Assembly (NCBI GenBank): GCA_036172245.1
Contig: JAYWIR010000007.1
Location: forward strand, 1,426,001 to 1,490,000
Source: Raillietiella orientalis
Taxonomy: Eukaryota
DNA: 64,000 nt
Direction of reading: 5' to 3'
In this document: one piece after another, positions 25,101 to 36,600 of the stretch
Numbering within the stretch: the stretch's first letter is position 1
Layout: every line of letters starts with the position of its first letter
Position numbers and translations under genes: made by a program
Notes under the pieces: generated by a model
Told to the model about the DNA's origin: nothing
The model's input: only the letters and a program-made list of their open reading frames with translations
The model's database searches: none

Positions 25101-28100
25101 GTCCTGGAGCGCGAAGAATGCTCCCAGCCCCTTCTCGGCGAGGGATCGAAGGCACCCGGGAGCCGCTGGGACAGGCCTTTCGGCCCGCTCCGTCGAGCGC
25201 CGAGACGGTGCGACGCGCCGGGAAGCTTCGATTGTCTAGAGGGGAGTCGCTGCCCTCCGACGCGGAGCCCCGGGGGCAGAGGGGCGCGGTCAAAGGCGCC
25301 CTCTCTGCCTGCTTTTCCGCTCCTTGCGTGCCTCGCCAGGGCTGGATTCCCCACTGCGCTGTTGCGGAAACCACGAGAAGCCGCTGTCTTCCCCAGGGAC
25401 TCTCTTCCTGTGGGTGTACTGGCCGAGTTTCAACGGAGGCCTGGCGTCCGGGGACGAGCAGACGCGGGCCATCATCAACACGTACCTGTCCCTCGCCGCC
25501 TGCACTCTGACGACCTTCGCGACGTCATACGTGGTCAGCAAAGAGTCCAAGCTCGACATGGTACACGTGCAGAACGCCAGTCTTGCGGGCGGGGTCGCCG
25601 TGGGAGCCGTCGCCAACGCAGCCATCAACCCCTACGGGGCGCTCATCATCGGGAGCATCGCGGGCATCGTGTCGACCGGCGGCTACCACTACATCACGGT
25701 AATTTGCATTCCTCCAGGCCGGAAGCTGCCTCCTTGTCCGGGGGAAGAGAAGGGGTCCCCCTTCTCTTCCCCCGGACGCGCACCCCCGGAAACGACGCAC
25801 GTTCCGCTACGGTCGCCGGCCACATGGGCGGCGCGGAATGTCCTTGCGCTTCGTCCACAGAGTGCCGCGGTGGAGGGAGGGGATGGGGGAGCAGCAGCAG
25901 CCGTCGGACTGGTGCACCCCCGCCCACCGGCGGAAGCCACCAGCAACCTTCCAGCTCGCTCGACTTCCTCTCCCCGTCCCGTTCGGAGCCGAGCGGCTGG
26001 GTCGAACGGGTGACCCCGACGGATACGCTCCAGCCTCCGCACCTCTCACGCGCACTCGCCACCGCCCCTGCTCGCAGCCCGGCAACCCAACGCAGAAGGC
26101 GAGTGGGCGCTCACCGCCCACTCGCCTTCCTCCCGATTCGCGATTTCGCGGAAGAGGGTAGCGCCCTCGGGGCGGGCGAGGCAGGCTCTGGCAGCTCTCT
26201 CCCCCGCCGGGCTACGTGCTGATACCGCTGCTCCGGACCGTGCGACCCGCGGCCGAGCCTTTCCTCGACTCAAGCGGTCCGCCCGCTCAGGCGGACAAGC
26301 GGGTTCGAAACTCGTCGAGGACGACTTCCGGTCGCTGAAACGCCACTGCTTTCCGTGCGTTGTCTTTGGCGCCATTTCGAACGGGCAGAGGCCGCCGCGC
26401 TGCGGGTAGGCGGAGCGGCGCGGCGGCCGCTGCGGGTGCGGGGAGGAGGCGAAGATGGCGACGCGGCGCGGAGGTACTCGGGGCTACCTACCAAGGTCGA
26501 AGTCTCGAAAGATCATTGAAAAATAAAAAACTGCAACAAATAAATGATAAATAAATAAAAAATTATAAATGAATGTGTTTGCTGTATGAAATAACACATG
26601 TGTTTGTAAATAGTTTGATAAAAATCATAAGGATTGTAAGAACAAATATATGTGCTCATTATCTATATTTATATATACACACTTATATAGATTAATGCAC
26701 ATTTCTTGCATATTTCTTAATATTTATTGATATAAATATTAAGTTTCTAAACAAATCATGAAATAATTCATGATTTGTTTAATATATGTATATATATAAA
26801 CATAATGAATATATTGTTTGTTTTTTATTTTCTTTCACTGTTTTGAATTTTCACAATGATTTTTTATTTTTCCAAATTCGATACCTATATATTCACTTGT
26901 TAAATTTGTAAATATATAGTAGTATAGATAGGAAACATATGTCTTTTTTAATAGTCTTCAACGTATACATTAATGATTCATTAATACATATGATGAACAG
27001 AATTAATAACATGTATGTGGATAAATATTAATAAACATGCATGCTAAAATAAATCTGCACATTGATCTCTATATAAATATATACTTATGTATAATAACAT
27101 GTATATTCATTTCTTATGATATTGAATAAGTATTTTAAAAACACACATATATAGATGTATATTATTACTTACATCAATAAGTGATAACGTGTGAAAAATG
27201 TAAATTAATATATATATATAATAAACACATATGAAACCTCTTTTTTTAATTTTATGATATGTAATAACATTTATTGACATAAGTATTAATAAAAATGTGT
27301 GTTAAAATAAATTTCTTTATTAATCCATATATAAGCATATGCATTATTCCCTATGTGAATATAAATATTAATCACTATATGAATGTATGTGTAATGATAT
27401 ATACATAAGACAACGTGTTTGAGGTGATCGTTCGCGATTCGACGGAGCCTTTGCGCACGGTTCGAACGCAGCGCGCCGAGTGCACCGGTGGCTTTCCGAC
27501 GTTTCCGCGGCAACGGCGAGCGGCCCGCCACTCCGTCGCGGGTGAGGTACGCTGTCGCTGCGAGCGTACGGAGTTGCAGCACGCGAGCCACGAGCGTACG
27601 AATGTCGGATTCTGCGCTCGCCTCGCCTCGGCGATTCCTTTTTGAGACTCCAAGCCGTTTCTCCCGTGCGGCCGAAGCGGGGACCCTGGGTCCCTCACTC
27701 GGAGGAGATGCTGACGCCCGCAAAGAGCACGTGATTCGCACGCGCGCGGTCCTTCCTCTCTGAACCCGTCTCCCAGCACGACCGTCTCCCAGACCTTGGC
27801 ACGTTCCGGAGATGTGCCCCGGGTGCGGCGGCGCTCTCCCGGGAAGCACGCCCCGTCTGGAGGCGCCGAGCTCCGCATGCTGAAACCATGTAGGGATCGA
27901 GCTGGGATGCCGAGGAGCGCCGCCGTGAACACGTGGGATGGGCAAGGAACGGTCGATGAATCACCAGACGCATCCCTCTGTGGGGAGGGGAAAGATTTAG
28001 ATGGATTTCGAGTCCCCTGCTGTTGTTGTTGTTGGGACTTCTCGACCCCTCGAAGAGTGGTCATGAAGCTCCTTTGGCTAAGCCCTCGGAGAGGGACGTG

Positions 28101-31100
28101 CAGGTGGCAGGTGCAGCCAAAAAAAAAAAAAAAGGACTCGGGACGCGACGGTCGACTCGAAAACGGGGGGACGCAGCCATTTATGTGGAGGATCCACGGG
28201 GGGAACCACGGACGCGTTGCGGCAACTCTTGCACGCCACGCCTACCGTAGTTCCCTCCCCCATTCCCCTTTTCCACGTGGACCCCCAAGGAAGAGCGATG
28301 CATTTCGCTGCGTCAGAATGGCTTCCCCAAGACTGATGATGTCACCGGTGATGGATGAATTGGAGGACCTCTCTAAACTCCAGCCCAAACCTTTTAGAAC
28401 GATTGCCTAGCGGGTCCCCGCGCCCACTGCCCGCAGTCGCCTCCGACGCAAGCGCAAGACCGGCCCCTCGGCGGACCGCGCTGGGTCCGAGCACGCCGCT
28501 GTCCGTTGCGCGTCTTTGCGGCGGCGCCTGCTAAGGATGGGGATGGTGCCAGGAGCGGTCGGTGGCCAAGAGGCTGGCGGGTTGGTCGGCGCATGGTCCG
28601 GAGGAAGGAGGATGCCGTGGGGTGATATCAAGTGATCCCTTAAGCGGAACCTTTTCGCGCTTGCGTGCGCGGGAAGGGGAGGAACGGGAGCCGAGGTGGC
28701 CCCTGGCCCGTGGCATTCTCAGCCGCACCATCTCCGAGCCGGATGCTTCTCGTTCCTCCCCAGAACGCAGGGGCGTGTCTCAGCGCTGGTTCACCGCAGA
28801 GTCGCCCTGCCTGCAGGGTTCCCGCATGCGGGCAACGCGAACAAGCTGAGTCCAGGTGGGCAATTCAAGGCCCCAGCGTCCTGTCCGACGGTTCTTTCCA
28901 GGAACGCTCGACGTTCCGGCGAGAAAAAAACACCTCCTCGATCTGTTGGTGCACACAGTGTGCGATGTGTACACGTGACGTGCATTTGCCTTCTGCTCGT
29001 GTGACAAAAACGAAAAAAAGAAAGAGAGAGAAAGAAAAAAATGGATGAATGCAAAGCCCTGAGAGACAAAAGTGCTGCGGAATGTGAAATTCCAAAGGGC
29101 GACGAGACGCTGCTTTTATAGGCTCTCTTTGATCACCGATAAAGTAGCGAGCTGGTTCCCCCCCCCCCTCCCCCGCTTTATTTTATTTTTTTTTCTTTTC
29201 TGGCAAAACACGGAATACCTTCCCTATCCTTGCTTTCCTTTTTTTTTGTTCGGTCGTGTGATTTGAAATGGCGGGTGCAGGACCGAGGTCCACGAAACGA
29301 AACCCTTCCGATCGATCTGCTCTTGAAACAGCCATCGGCAGGGAGCAGACAGCGACCGCCCCGCAGGCGGGGAAGAATCCTCAAGTATTCCCTGTACGTT
29401 TCAGCCTTTCATCCTGAAGAAATGGAGGGTGCACGACACGTGTGGGGTGCACAACCTCCATGGAATACCCGGAGTGTTGTCTTCCTTGATCAGCATCATC
29501 GTTGCTTTGACTGCCCGAAAGGAAGAATATGGTTACAAGTGAGTAATCACGGCTACTCACCAAAGGTGAGGGGGGGGGGGCACCCGGATAACGCGGGATG
29601 TGCGTTCCGCGTTATACGAGCCCAGTGGGCGTGATTGGGTGGTATCCGTAAAAGACATAAAATGCATATTTTAAGCAGTGGAATATTTCCCATTTTCGTT
29701 TGAGGCACAACGGAAAAAAGAGAAAAGAGACGGAAAGTGCTTATGTTTGGCCTTCAACTTGAAGTAACGAAAAGCGTTTCGAGTTTTGTTTATGTGTAAT
29801 CCTTTGGCACACTTCGCTCTCGACGTCGGAAAGCGGACCTTCGCGCGCACTTCTTTCACCCACGAAAGTTCGAGTGAAGAGGGATTTGACCCCCATCGAG
29901 TCATGCGTTCGCGTTCTGCTTAAAAACAGCTGAACTGACACTTCACCACAACATGGAAATTCATCCACAGAATCGCACGAGGCTGATTGGCCGCGTTATG
30001 CGAATCCGAGCCACACGGGGGTCTGCTGCATTTTGTAAATTGAATTTGGCTTCATGTGAGGGAGCGTCCAATTGAAAATTTGCTCAAATAATGCCATGCT
30101 GAGTACTTTCGTTGATTTAAGGAATTGCACGACTTTGCATTACCCCGATATTTTGTTATGGTACACACCACAATGAACCCCAGCAAATAACTGTCCAACA
30201 AATTCATGAAACCATCGCATAACACAAGCTTACAAAGGGAGGGACGTCCAAGAACACAAAACGGAAAGAAGGTGGCTTCTTCTCCCGGTGTTCCCTTTGG
30301 AACTTCGTGTGTTTGGTCGCATACTTTCCTTGACACGTGTTAAAGTACAATTAGGATACGGGTGGGAGGGGTTTGGGCTGCAGACAACCGCAAGCACGGA
30401 CCGCCTCAGATATGAGGAAGATGCAGCAACCATGTGCAGCAACAGTACAGCGATGTCTGCTACTCCTGAAAATCGATGGAAATCCTTTCTTTTCTGTCTT
30501 CGCAGTTCTTTGGGACGGTTCCACGCCACCCGAGGGTGGGTAATTCTTCAAGATAGGGGTACTCCGGGAGGGAGGGGACCGCCCTATGAATCCAGAGAGG
30601 ACTCGGAGTCCGTTCCTCTCACGCCTGGAGAGGGATCCCTGGAAATGGAGAACACCTCCATCCTGGTTGTCTCCGAAGGGGAATCCAGAAGGGAATCTCC
30701 TTCCTCATTCTCTACGGAGGACTCCCGGGAGAATCCGCTCCATTCCTTCATCTCTGAAGGGTACCCGGAAAGGATCCGATCCTGGAATTTCTTCTCCGGA
30801 GGGATCCTCGCAAGGGATCCGCTCCTGTTTTTACTCCTCTGAAGAGAACCCAGAAAGAACGCTTCCGAAATTCAGAAGGACGCAGCTTCCCCGAAGGGAT
30901 CGGCTCGCTTCTCTGAACTCTCTCTGGGGAAGTGGTGGCGACACACCTACTCCATCAGTACGACGGGGAGGGTTCCCCCGGAATGGGGAGTCCGCTCATT
31001 TACAACCGGAGGGGAAGATCTCTCACTCCTTGATTCCTGGGAGGACCCGAAGGTCGACTACCGTTTGTCCCGGTCCTCATCGGGGGCATCCGGTTTGAAC

Positions 31101-33094
31101 CGCTACCAGTGCCGCTCCGAATGAATGGAGGCCAACCTGCGTCATCTCGCGGGAGGAACTCGAAGCCACGACGCACTGCGTCGATTCCTTTCGGAGTATT
31201 CGAACCTGCGACGCTTGGTGGTGCCACACGCGGAGACCTCCAACGGCCTCCGACGCGGGAAATCAGCCGCAGGTTGTGCAAGATACTTTCAAGCTGGAGT
31301 CTCTCTTGGAACAACTGTCTTGCTCTTGGTCCCTTAGAATTAGCAAACAGTGAGCACACACGTAATCTCGTCCGAGATACCCTGAGGAAGCTGCAGTTTT
31401 GCTATTGACGGTTCCATCCACGGCTTTCACGAGCACCACATCAAAAAAACCTCTTTTCTGTTCAAACTCACAGGAAGCCACAACATGCTGCTCGACAGAA
31501 CTACGCAAGAGAATGGTTGATGTGGTTAGGCGATGCAAAGTTCATCTTCACAGGCTTCTTGAACAGCCTCCACGCTCTCCTTCTGGATGCCTTGGGATGC
31601 AAAAAAAAACAGGATCTTCTCGTTCCGCGTCGATACAGGACCGACCTAAAACGGAAACTGTCTACATTTTCGCCTTTAGATCTGACTGATTGTTCCACTG
31701 CTTCATCTTGTAAGGAGAGTTGGATCTTGATTTCCTGCAAGCCTGTGAAGCCAAAGCCAGCCACCTGCACCTATAGATACGATCTTTTGCCCACAGCGCT
31801 GGCACCAACAAAGTAGAGGGAACCATTTCTTCAACCACGTCTGCAATTGGACATCGGAGCTCCGAATTGCGGTACCCTCAGCTCTTCTAAGACGGTCAGC
31901 GGCCGCTGAAAGTATCCCTGATGGAGGCCGGAGCATCTTTCGCAGCAGGACCCGAGTCCGTCGCGAGGCCGGTGGAAGAGCACAGATGTGTAGACCTCTA
32001 ATTCCTGCCACTACTGACCAGCGCAGGTAGTAAAGGAGCATTGAACGCTGAAGGAATATGGGAATCCTGGTTCGCTGGTCAATTTCTCTCGAGGCGAGAA
32101 ATGTTGGACGAGATACGAAGAGATATTTTTTCTGTAAAGGCTCCCTCTACTGATCTCTTAAATATCCAGATGCAGTGATAATGCACCCGTGAAACCAACC
32201 ATCCGCTCCCATTCTGCGCAAATATTCTCCTAGGTTCGCGAAGTTCCATCACATCACACCACTGCAGCATCACAAAAAGTTCTTGCGAGGCCTGCGACAG
32301 AAACAATTCGCCTATTTTCTGGGCTACGAACATGAAGCCCATTGACGGCTTTGTGAACATAAAGTCATCACTTTCATCGGTATTTGCATTTAAAAATGCC
32401 TCGCATCCGGGAATCAAATACCTTTTTAATTCCCACCTTGGATCACTCGGCTTAAAAGATTTTTATTTGGAAGCTAAAAAACTAACTCTGCGTATACAGA
32501 CGAACTGTAAGATTTGGATACTTCCGTATTTTGCGATGGGGCACTTTTGCTGCTGGGCACGTACCAGTAGCCTTCCACCACGATTCCGAATTACAACCTA
32601 TTTCAGTCTTTTTCAAGTTTATCCTGCACGAGCTCCTTCAATGAACAGTGCGGAGTTCCAAGAGATCAAGGGTGACTGGCCAAGTTTGGAACCTGGATCG
32701 AACAGATCGGCCGAAACTCAAGCACTGTACCAGTTTGCTGGATTATCCATCACAATTGCAACTGCCATTATAGGGGGTTTATTAACTGGTAATTGCATAA
32801 CGGAAATCATTGGTTCTGATGGTAATTCCAGGTTTGCTGATGCGAATGAAAATTCTCCATCCGCCGTACGGAGAACTCCTATATAATGATTGGATCAACT
32901 GGGAAGTTCCAGAAGATCATGCAAATGGAAACACCGCTTACGAAGGCACAGCTGTGAAAATAAGTTCTCAAAATACAATCAGTAAGACCAGGACACAGAA
33001 TGTTCCTCTATTGTATCACAAACTATCTCCTAACATAGATGACGCAGATAATACAGATGCAATTAATCTTGTTTCTCTGCAAGCTAAAATGTGA
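22141..33094 (+). CDS. Rh50: Rhesus (Rh50)-type ammonium transporter. Exons 22141-22375, 22723-22906, 23519-23669, 23741-23885, 25397-25698, 29405-29538, 32607-32788, 32832-33094; 531 aa
   Basis: All introns are GT-AG and the 1596-nt CDS is open. Motifs: [92 protein letters not shown]; both pore histidines are present. AATAAA at 33188-33193. Confidence 0.93.
26165..27635. mobile_element. Fold-back / long-TIR non-autonomous element with an AT-rich core (Rh intron 5)
   Basis: The GC-rich arms 26165-26515 and 27425-27635 are degenerate inverted repeats with several colinear blocks; 26496-26515 matches the reverse complement of 27425-27443 at 17/20. They enclose ~900 bp of very AT-rich DNA. Confidence 0.55.
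29581..30030. mobile_element. Possible pogo/Tigger-like MITE remnant
   Basis: ataacgcgg/ccgcgttat hairpin at 29588-29615, a second ccgcgttat at 29991, and a right end cgggggtctgctg like Tigger TIRs. The left TIR is not clear. Confidence 0.3.
30100..32420 (-). pseudogene. Decayed Polinton/adintovirus-like DNA polymerase B gene (N-terminal region), interrupted by a SINE
   Basis: Minus-strand motifs in the expected order across broken frames: [53 protein letters not shown], then past the [13 protein letters not shown] (VIYADFE-like). Frameshifts and stops are present. Confidence 0.55.
30485..31259 (-). mobile_element. tRNA-derived SINE-like element (longest copy) with 7-bp target-site duplication GGAAATC
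   Basis: B box GGTTCGAAT (31198-31206, minus strand), purine tail at 30485-30500, TSD at 30478-30484 and 31258-31264. Homologous to 39180-39866 and 10082-10797. Confidence 0.75.
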
Positions 33095-33282
33095 AATTGC
33101 ATGACCACTCTCCCACCTGACTTAAATGGTAAAATATTAAATTTCCTAAAACCTGAAAGTTTGAAAACCAGAAACACCACATTGAGTAATAAACTGAAAT
33201 TGCCTCAGGAGAAACTGACTTCATTTTGTATATTTTTATAAAATAATACTGATACCTACTATGTAATATACTTTAACTGCGA

Positions 33283-34347
33283 TTATTTTCTTTTCTTCGG
33301 TAAATGAGTAGTGATGGAAATGTCTGCAGAGCTGCCATCACCAGCTGTTTCAGTATTGTTTAAACTAGCTAAGAAATTAATCAAAAAACTATTACATGTT
33401 TTCAGCTCCTCAATCCGTTCAGATAATTCGGATATCTTTTCCTTTTTGCTATTCAGAACAGCAACAAATTTAGAATATAAATCAGCTTCCATTTCATTCT
33501 TTTTTTCTGCCAGTTCTGTAGCTTTCTTGGTTATATCTTCATACTCTACAACATTAAGATTAGTAATCACATTGCAATGTAAAATACAAAACACTACTGC
33601 TCTGAACTTGTTCTAAAGCTTGATTCTTTTCATCCAGCTTTGCAGTAAGTTGATGAACATGGCTAATCAGACTATCCATGAAATCTATGACACTGCACTA
33701 GAAATCATCATTTCTGCTATAAAACATATCAAATGAAAATTTCTACAAGTACAGAACAGGACTGAAACAAAACACTAAACCCAAAATTGCACCAGGATGC
33801 TTTCTTATTAAGTTCAGCATCTACCATTGTCACAGTCAATATGTCTGCAACTCATTATTTTTATCATCAGGTATGAACTGGACTATATGATCATTCAGAG
33901 ATTCGAGATTATAGGCATCAACGATGCTCAATTCAAACTACATTTGCATAATGCTAACCTCAATGAAAAAAAATTTTCCCAAACATAAATACACTTCATC
34001 TTCTAAGTATTTTATGGTTAAGATCGTATCATTTAAATGAAAATGATGATTTTGTTTCTCTGAATCTAAGAATGCTGACATCACTTGACTAACATAAAGT
34101 TTAGTATCTATATGGATATTCTGGGAAAGAATTTGCAAATCTGCTTCAGAAAGCTAAAATGCCATAAGAACTGGGAAACAGAACTTCCACTTACCATTTT
34201 CTTGATGGTGAATCCTTCTCCATTAGTAATGATAATATTTAGACCTAGATTGGAAATTTCAAACAGCTCAATCACATAAAACATAACTTTCTTTGAAGAG
34301 CCAAACATAACATGGATTTTCCCAACGTGTTTTTGTGAAAGTGCCAT
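33283..34347 (-). CDS. XRCC4: DNA repair protein XRCC4. Exons 34347-34195, 34153-33959, 33697-33598, 33545-33283; ~236 aa
   Basis: The spliced frame gives a beta-rich head, YLCLGKF, a coiled coil and EADLYSKFVAVLNSKKEKISEL, which matches the XRCC4 ligase IV-binding helix. Exon 3 boundaries and the start (34347 or 34353) are less certain. Confidence 0.82.
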
Positions 34348-34532
34348 TGGCATGTGTAAAGAATGCACTTTATACTTTTGTGTATGTGTCTTAATTAGTA
34401 AAATCAGGTATCCTAATGTACATAGATGTGAACACAAAATGCCTTAAGAATACAGCTTCTTATCTGGAAAAATATTATCCCTAAACATAATTTTTTTCAA
34501 TGAAAAGTATAAATGCAAGGATAATTTTGTTT

Positions 34533-34889
34533 TTAATTAACCAAAGATATTAAAGCTTGGACTAAATTTCCCCGATTTTCTCTCAACGTTCTTTCTGCTA
34601 CTGTTCGTGCTACTTCCAATTGTGACATTATAAGTTCCACATCCTCTTTCTTAATTGGAACTTTGGCTAGCTCTTTCTCTTTGGCTGCTTTTTCTTGTTT
34701 TTCCTTACTTCTACGGTCACCAATCAAAGTCATTGCTCCTTTAAAATCTCCGGTGGCAATTTCTTTTTCTTCTGCATAATCAGTAACCTTTTCCAAATCC
34801 GCCGCTCCACAGTCATGCTTGTGGGCCTTTTTGGGCCTATCTTCCACTTCATTATCAACATTTTCTTCAATGATACCGTCAGTTCCCAT
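34533..34889 (-). CDS. HYPK: Huntingtin-interacting protein K (NatA-associated); intronless CDS, 118 aa
   Basis: KHDCGAADLEKVTDYAEEKEI and the UBA-like tail EKELAKVPIKKEDVELIMSQLEVARTVAERTLRENRGNLVQALISLVN are HYPK hallmarks. Confidence 0.93.
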   Translation of the reverse strand: MGTDGIIEENVDNEVEDRPKKAHKHDCGAADLEKVTDYAEEKEIATGDFKGAMTLIGDRRSKEKQEKAAKEKELAKVPIKKEDVELIMSQLEVARTVAERTLRENRGNLVQALISLVN

Positions 34890-35549
34890 TGGGATCCAGA
34901 AATGTTGAAAAAGCTGATTACGCAGATTAAATTCGATTCTACTAAATACTTCCCAGGATAGAGAAATGAGCCAAAAGAAATGAAGGTAAAATTTTCGGAG
35001 ACAAACCAAAATGCATGTTCAACACCACACTACACTTCTGATAACACACAAACATAAGATGACTTTCTTTCCGAGAATTCCTATACTTTTTTTCAACACG
35101 CCAATGTCTATAACGTCAAAAATGTAGAATTTCAAAACTACATTCCAAACTTTCAAACAAGTGAATGAAACAAATTAACCATTCTCATGCAGGAAACGTT
35201 TTTGAGGTGCGTTTGAGAAGTGCCACACTGTGGTCTTATTTAAGATATTATTTAAACAATTATTTTTTTTTAGCTATTAAATAGTTCAGTTTGCAATTGA
35301 AATTTCTAGGTATTATAGAGAACCCGTGATTAATCTTAATAAATCAACACGATTTCCATAAAGATATACTCCGCGTCTTGTAAAAAAGGAAGGGATGCTT
35401 GAATGTTTTTCAAACAGATGCATTCTGCTTACATTATAATAATCTGAATTAAACTTCAAATCGGTAATTCGGAATATTTATCAAATACAAAAAAAAAACA
35501 TCTAGGAATCAAAAGTTTTCAGTATTAAGTCTCTGGCTGAACTAATGAA

Positions 35550-36600
35550 ATTATAAATGTTGCTATAAATATCGTTAACACAATGATAAGGAATCTTCCA
35601 GACTGTTAGCTTACATTCCTTTGATTCCTGGGATTACTCAAGTGACCTTGTTCTTGGATACACAAGTTGATTTGTTCTGAATGCTTTTCTGAACAGTTTT
35701 CACATTGTTTTATGAGGACAGAAAACAATCCTATTTTGAACTTGAAGAAATAAACACGATGTGTAATGTACATGCCTTAAGCAGTTAAGAGAATGCAATT
35801 CTGATTTGGTTTGATTGTAATTTTAAAAACTTTCGCCATTTATGATCTCAAAAGGACATCTGCAATTGCATTGCATAAATACATTTCTGTCTCTTCCATA
35901 GATTTCTACGTATGTGCTGAATATTATATCCACCATTTCTAAACCTAGTTTGGAAATTTCTTGAAAGCAGATATTGCAGTGCTGAGGGCAGGAGTCGTGT
36001 CCCTTGATCTCTGGAGCTGGATTAAAGAAAGCACTCCACCTTCCTTTGAATTTCCGTTATTTACTTGAAGCGCACTAGAAGGAACTCTTATCTCCAGTAT
36101 TTATGAAAATGCAAAGTTGTTACTTATCAAATTATGGAAATTCTCTTCCAATCTTCATTTGAAACTCTGGCAAAAAAAGAAATCGCAATGAACACTGTTC
36201 CTCAGGTTACCGTCTTCGGGTCCTGGAAAGTTTCTGGAAGGATTAAGCAAACATTTCTCCAATAATGGATTTCTAAAATTTAGGGGAATGAGTTATCAGA
36301 AAGTCTTTGAATAGTTTGCATTCTAAAACAATTTGCATTTTTCTGGTTGACAGCAAGAGCTTCGAGAAACTTTGAGACTAAATAAAGAATGCTATGCCGT
36401 GAAGGGCTTTATCGCAACTTATGAATCCATGTGCCCTAGGAAATCCTTTTCTATCCGGGGGTACATTTGATTACCTCCCTTGTACGGATAAGCACGGGGA
36501 GGTTGTCCTCTTAAGTCTTTAGTAGAAATTGGAGTTTTTTGTTCTATCGACATATGTGACCGATTTGCAAACAGAATATTTTTCAAAGTTTCATTTTTGA
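35550..36600 (-). mobile_element. Possible decayed pogo-family transposase relic
   Basis: Broken minus-strand frames give YPRIEKDF, KFLEAL, LPEFQMKI, INTGDKSSF and VIPG, in the order of the CENP-B HTH and DDE_1 motifs. Very degenerate. Confidence 0.3.

Noticed and set aside
26245..26315. tRNA-like GGTTCGAAAC with a hairpin
   Set aside because: No cloverleaf, and it lies within the fold-back arm. The SINE heads are likewise not functional tRNA genes.
31040..31090. Hammerhead-like layout in the SINE core (CCGAUGA..stem..GACC-UUCG-GGUC)
   Set aside because: The core deviates from CUGANGA/GAAA and no stem I can be formed.
34890..35009. N-terminal extension of the HYPK ORF
   Set aside because: Non-ATG start and intron/UTR-like sequence; the ATG at 34889 gives the normal size.
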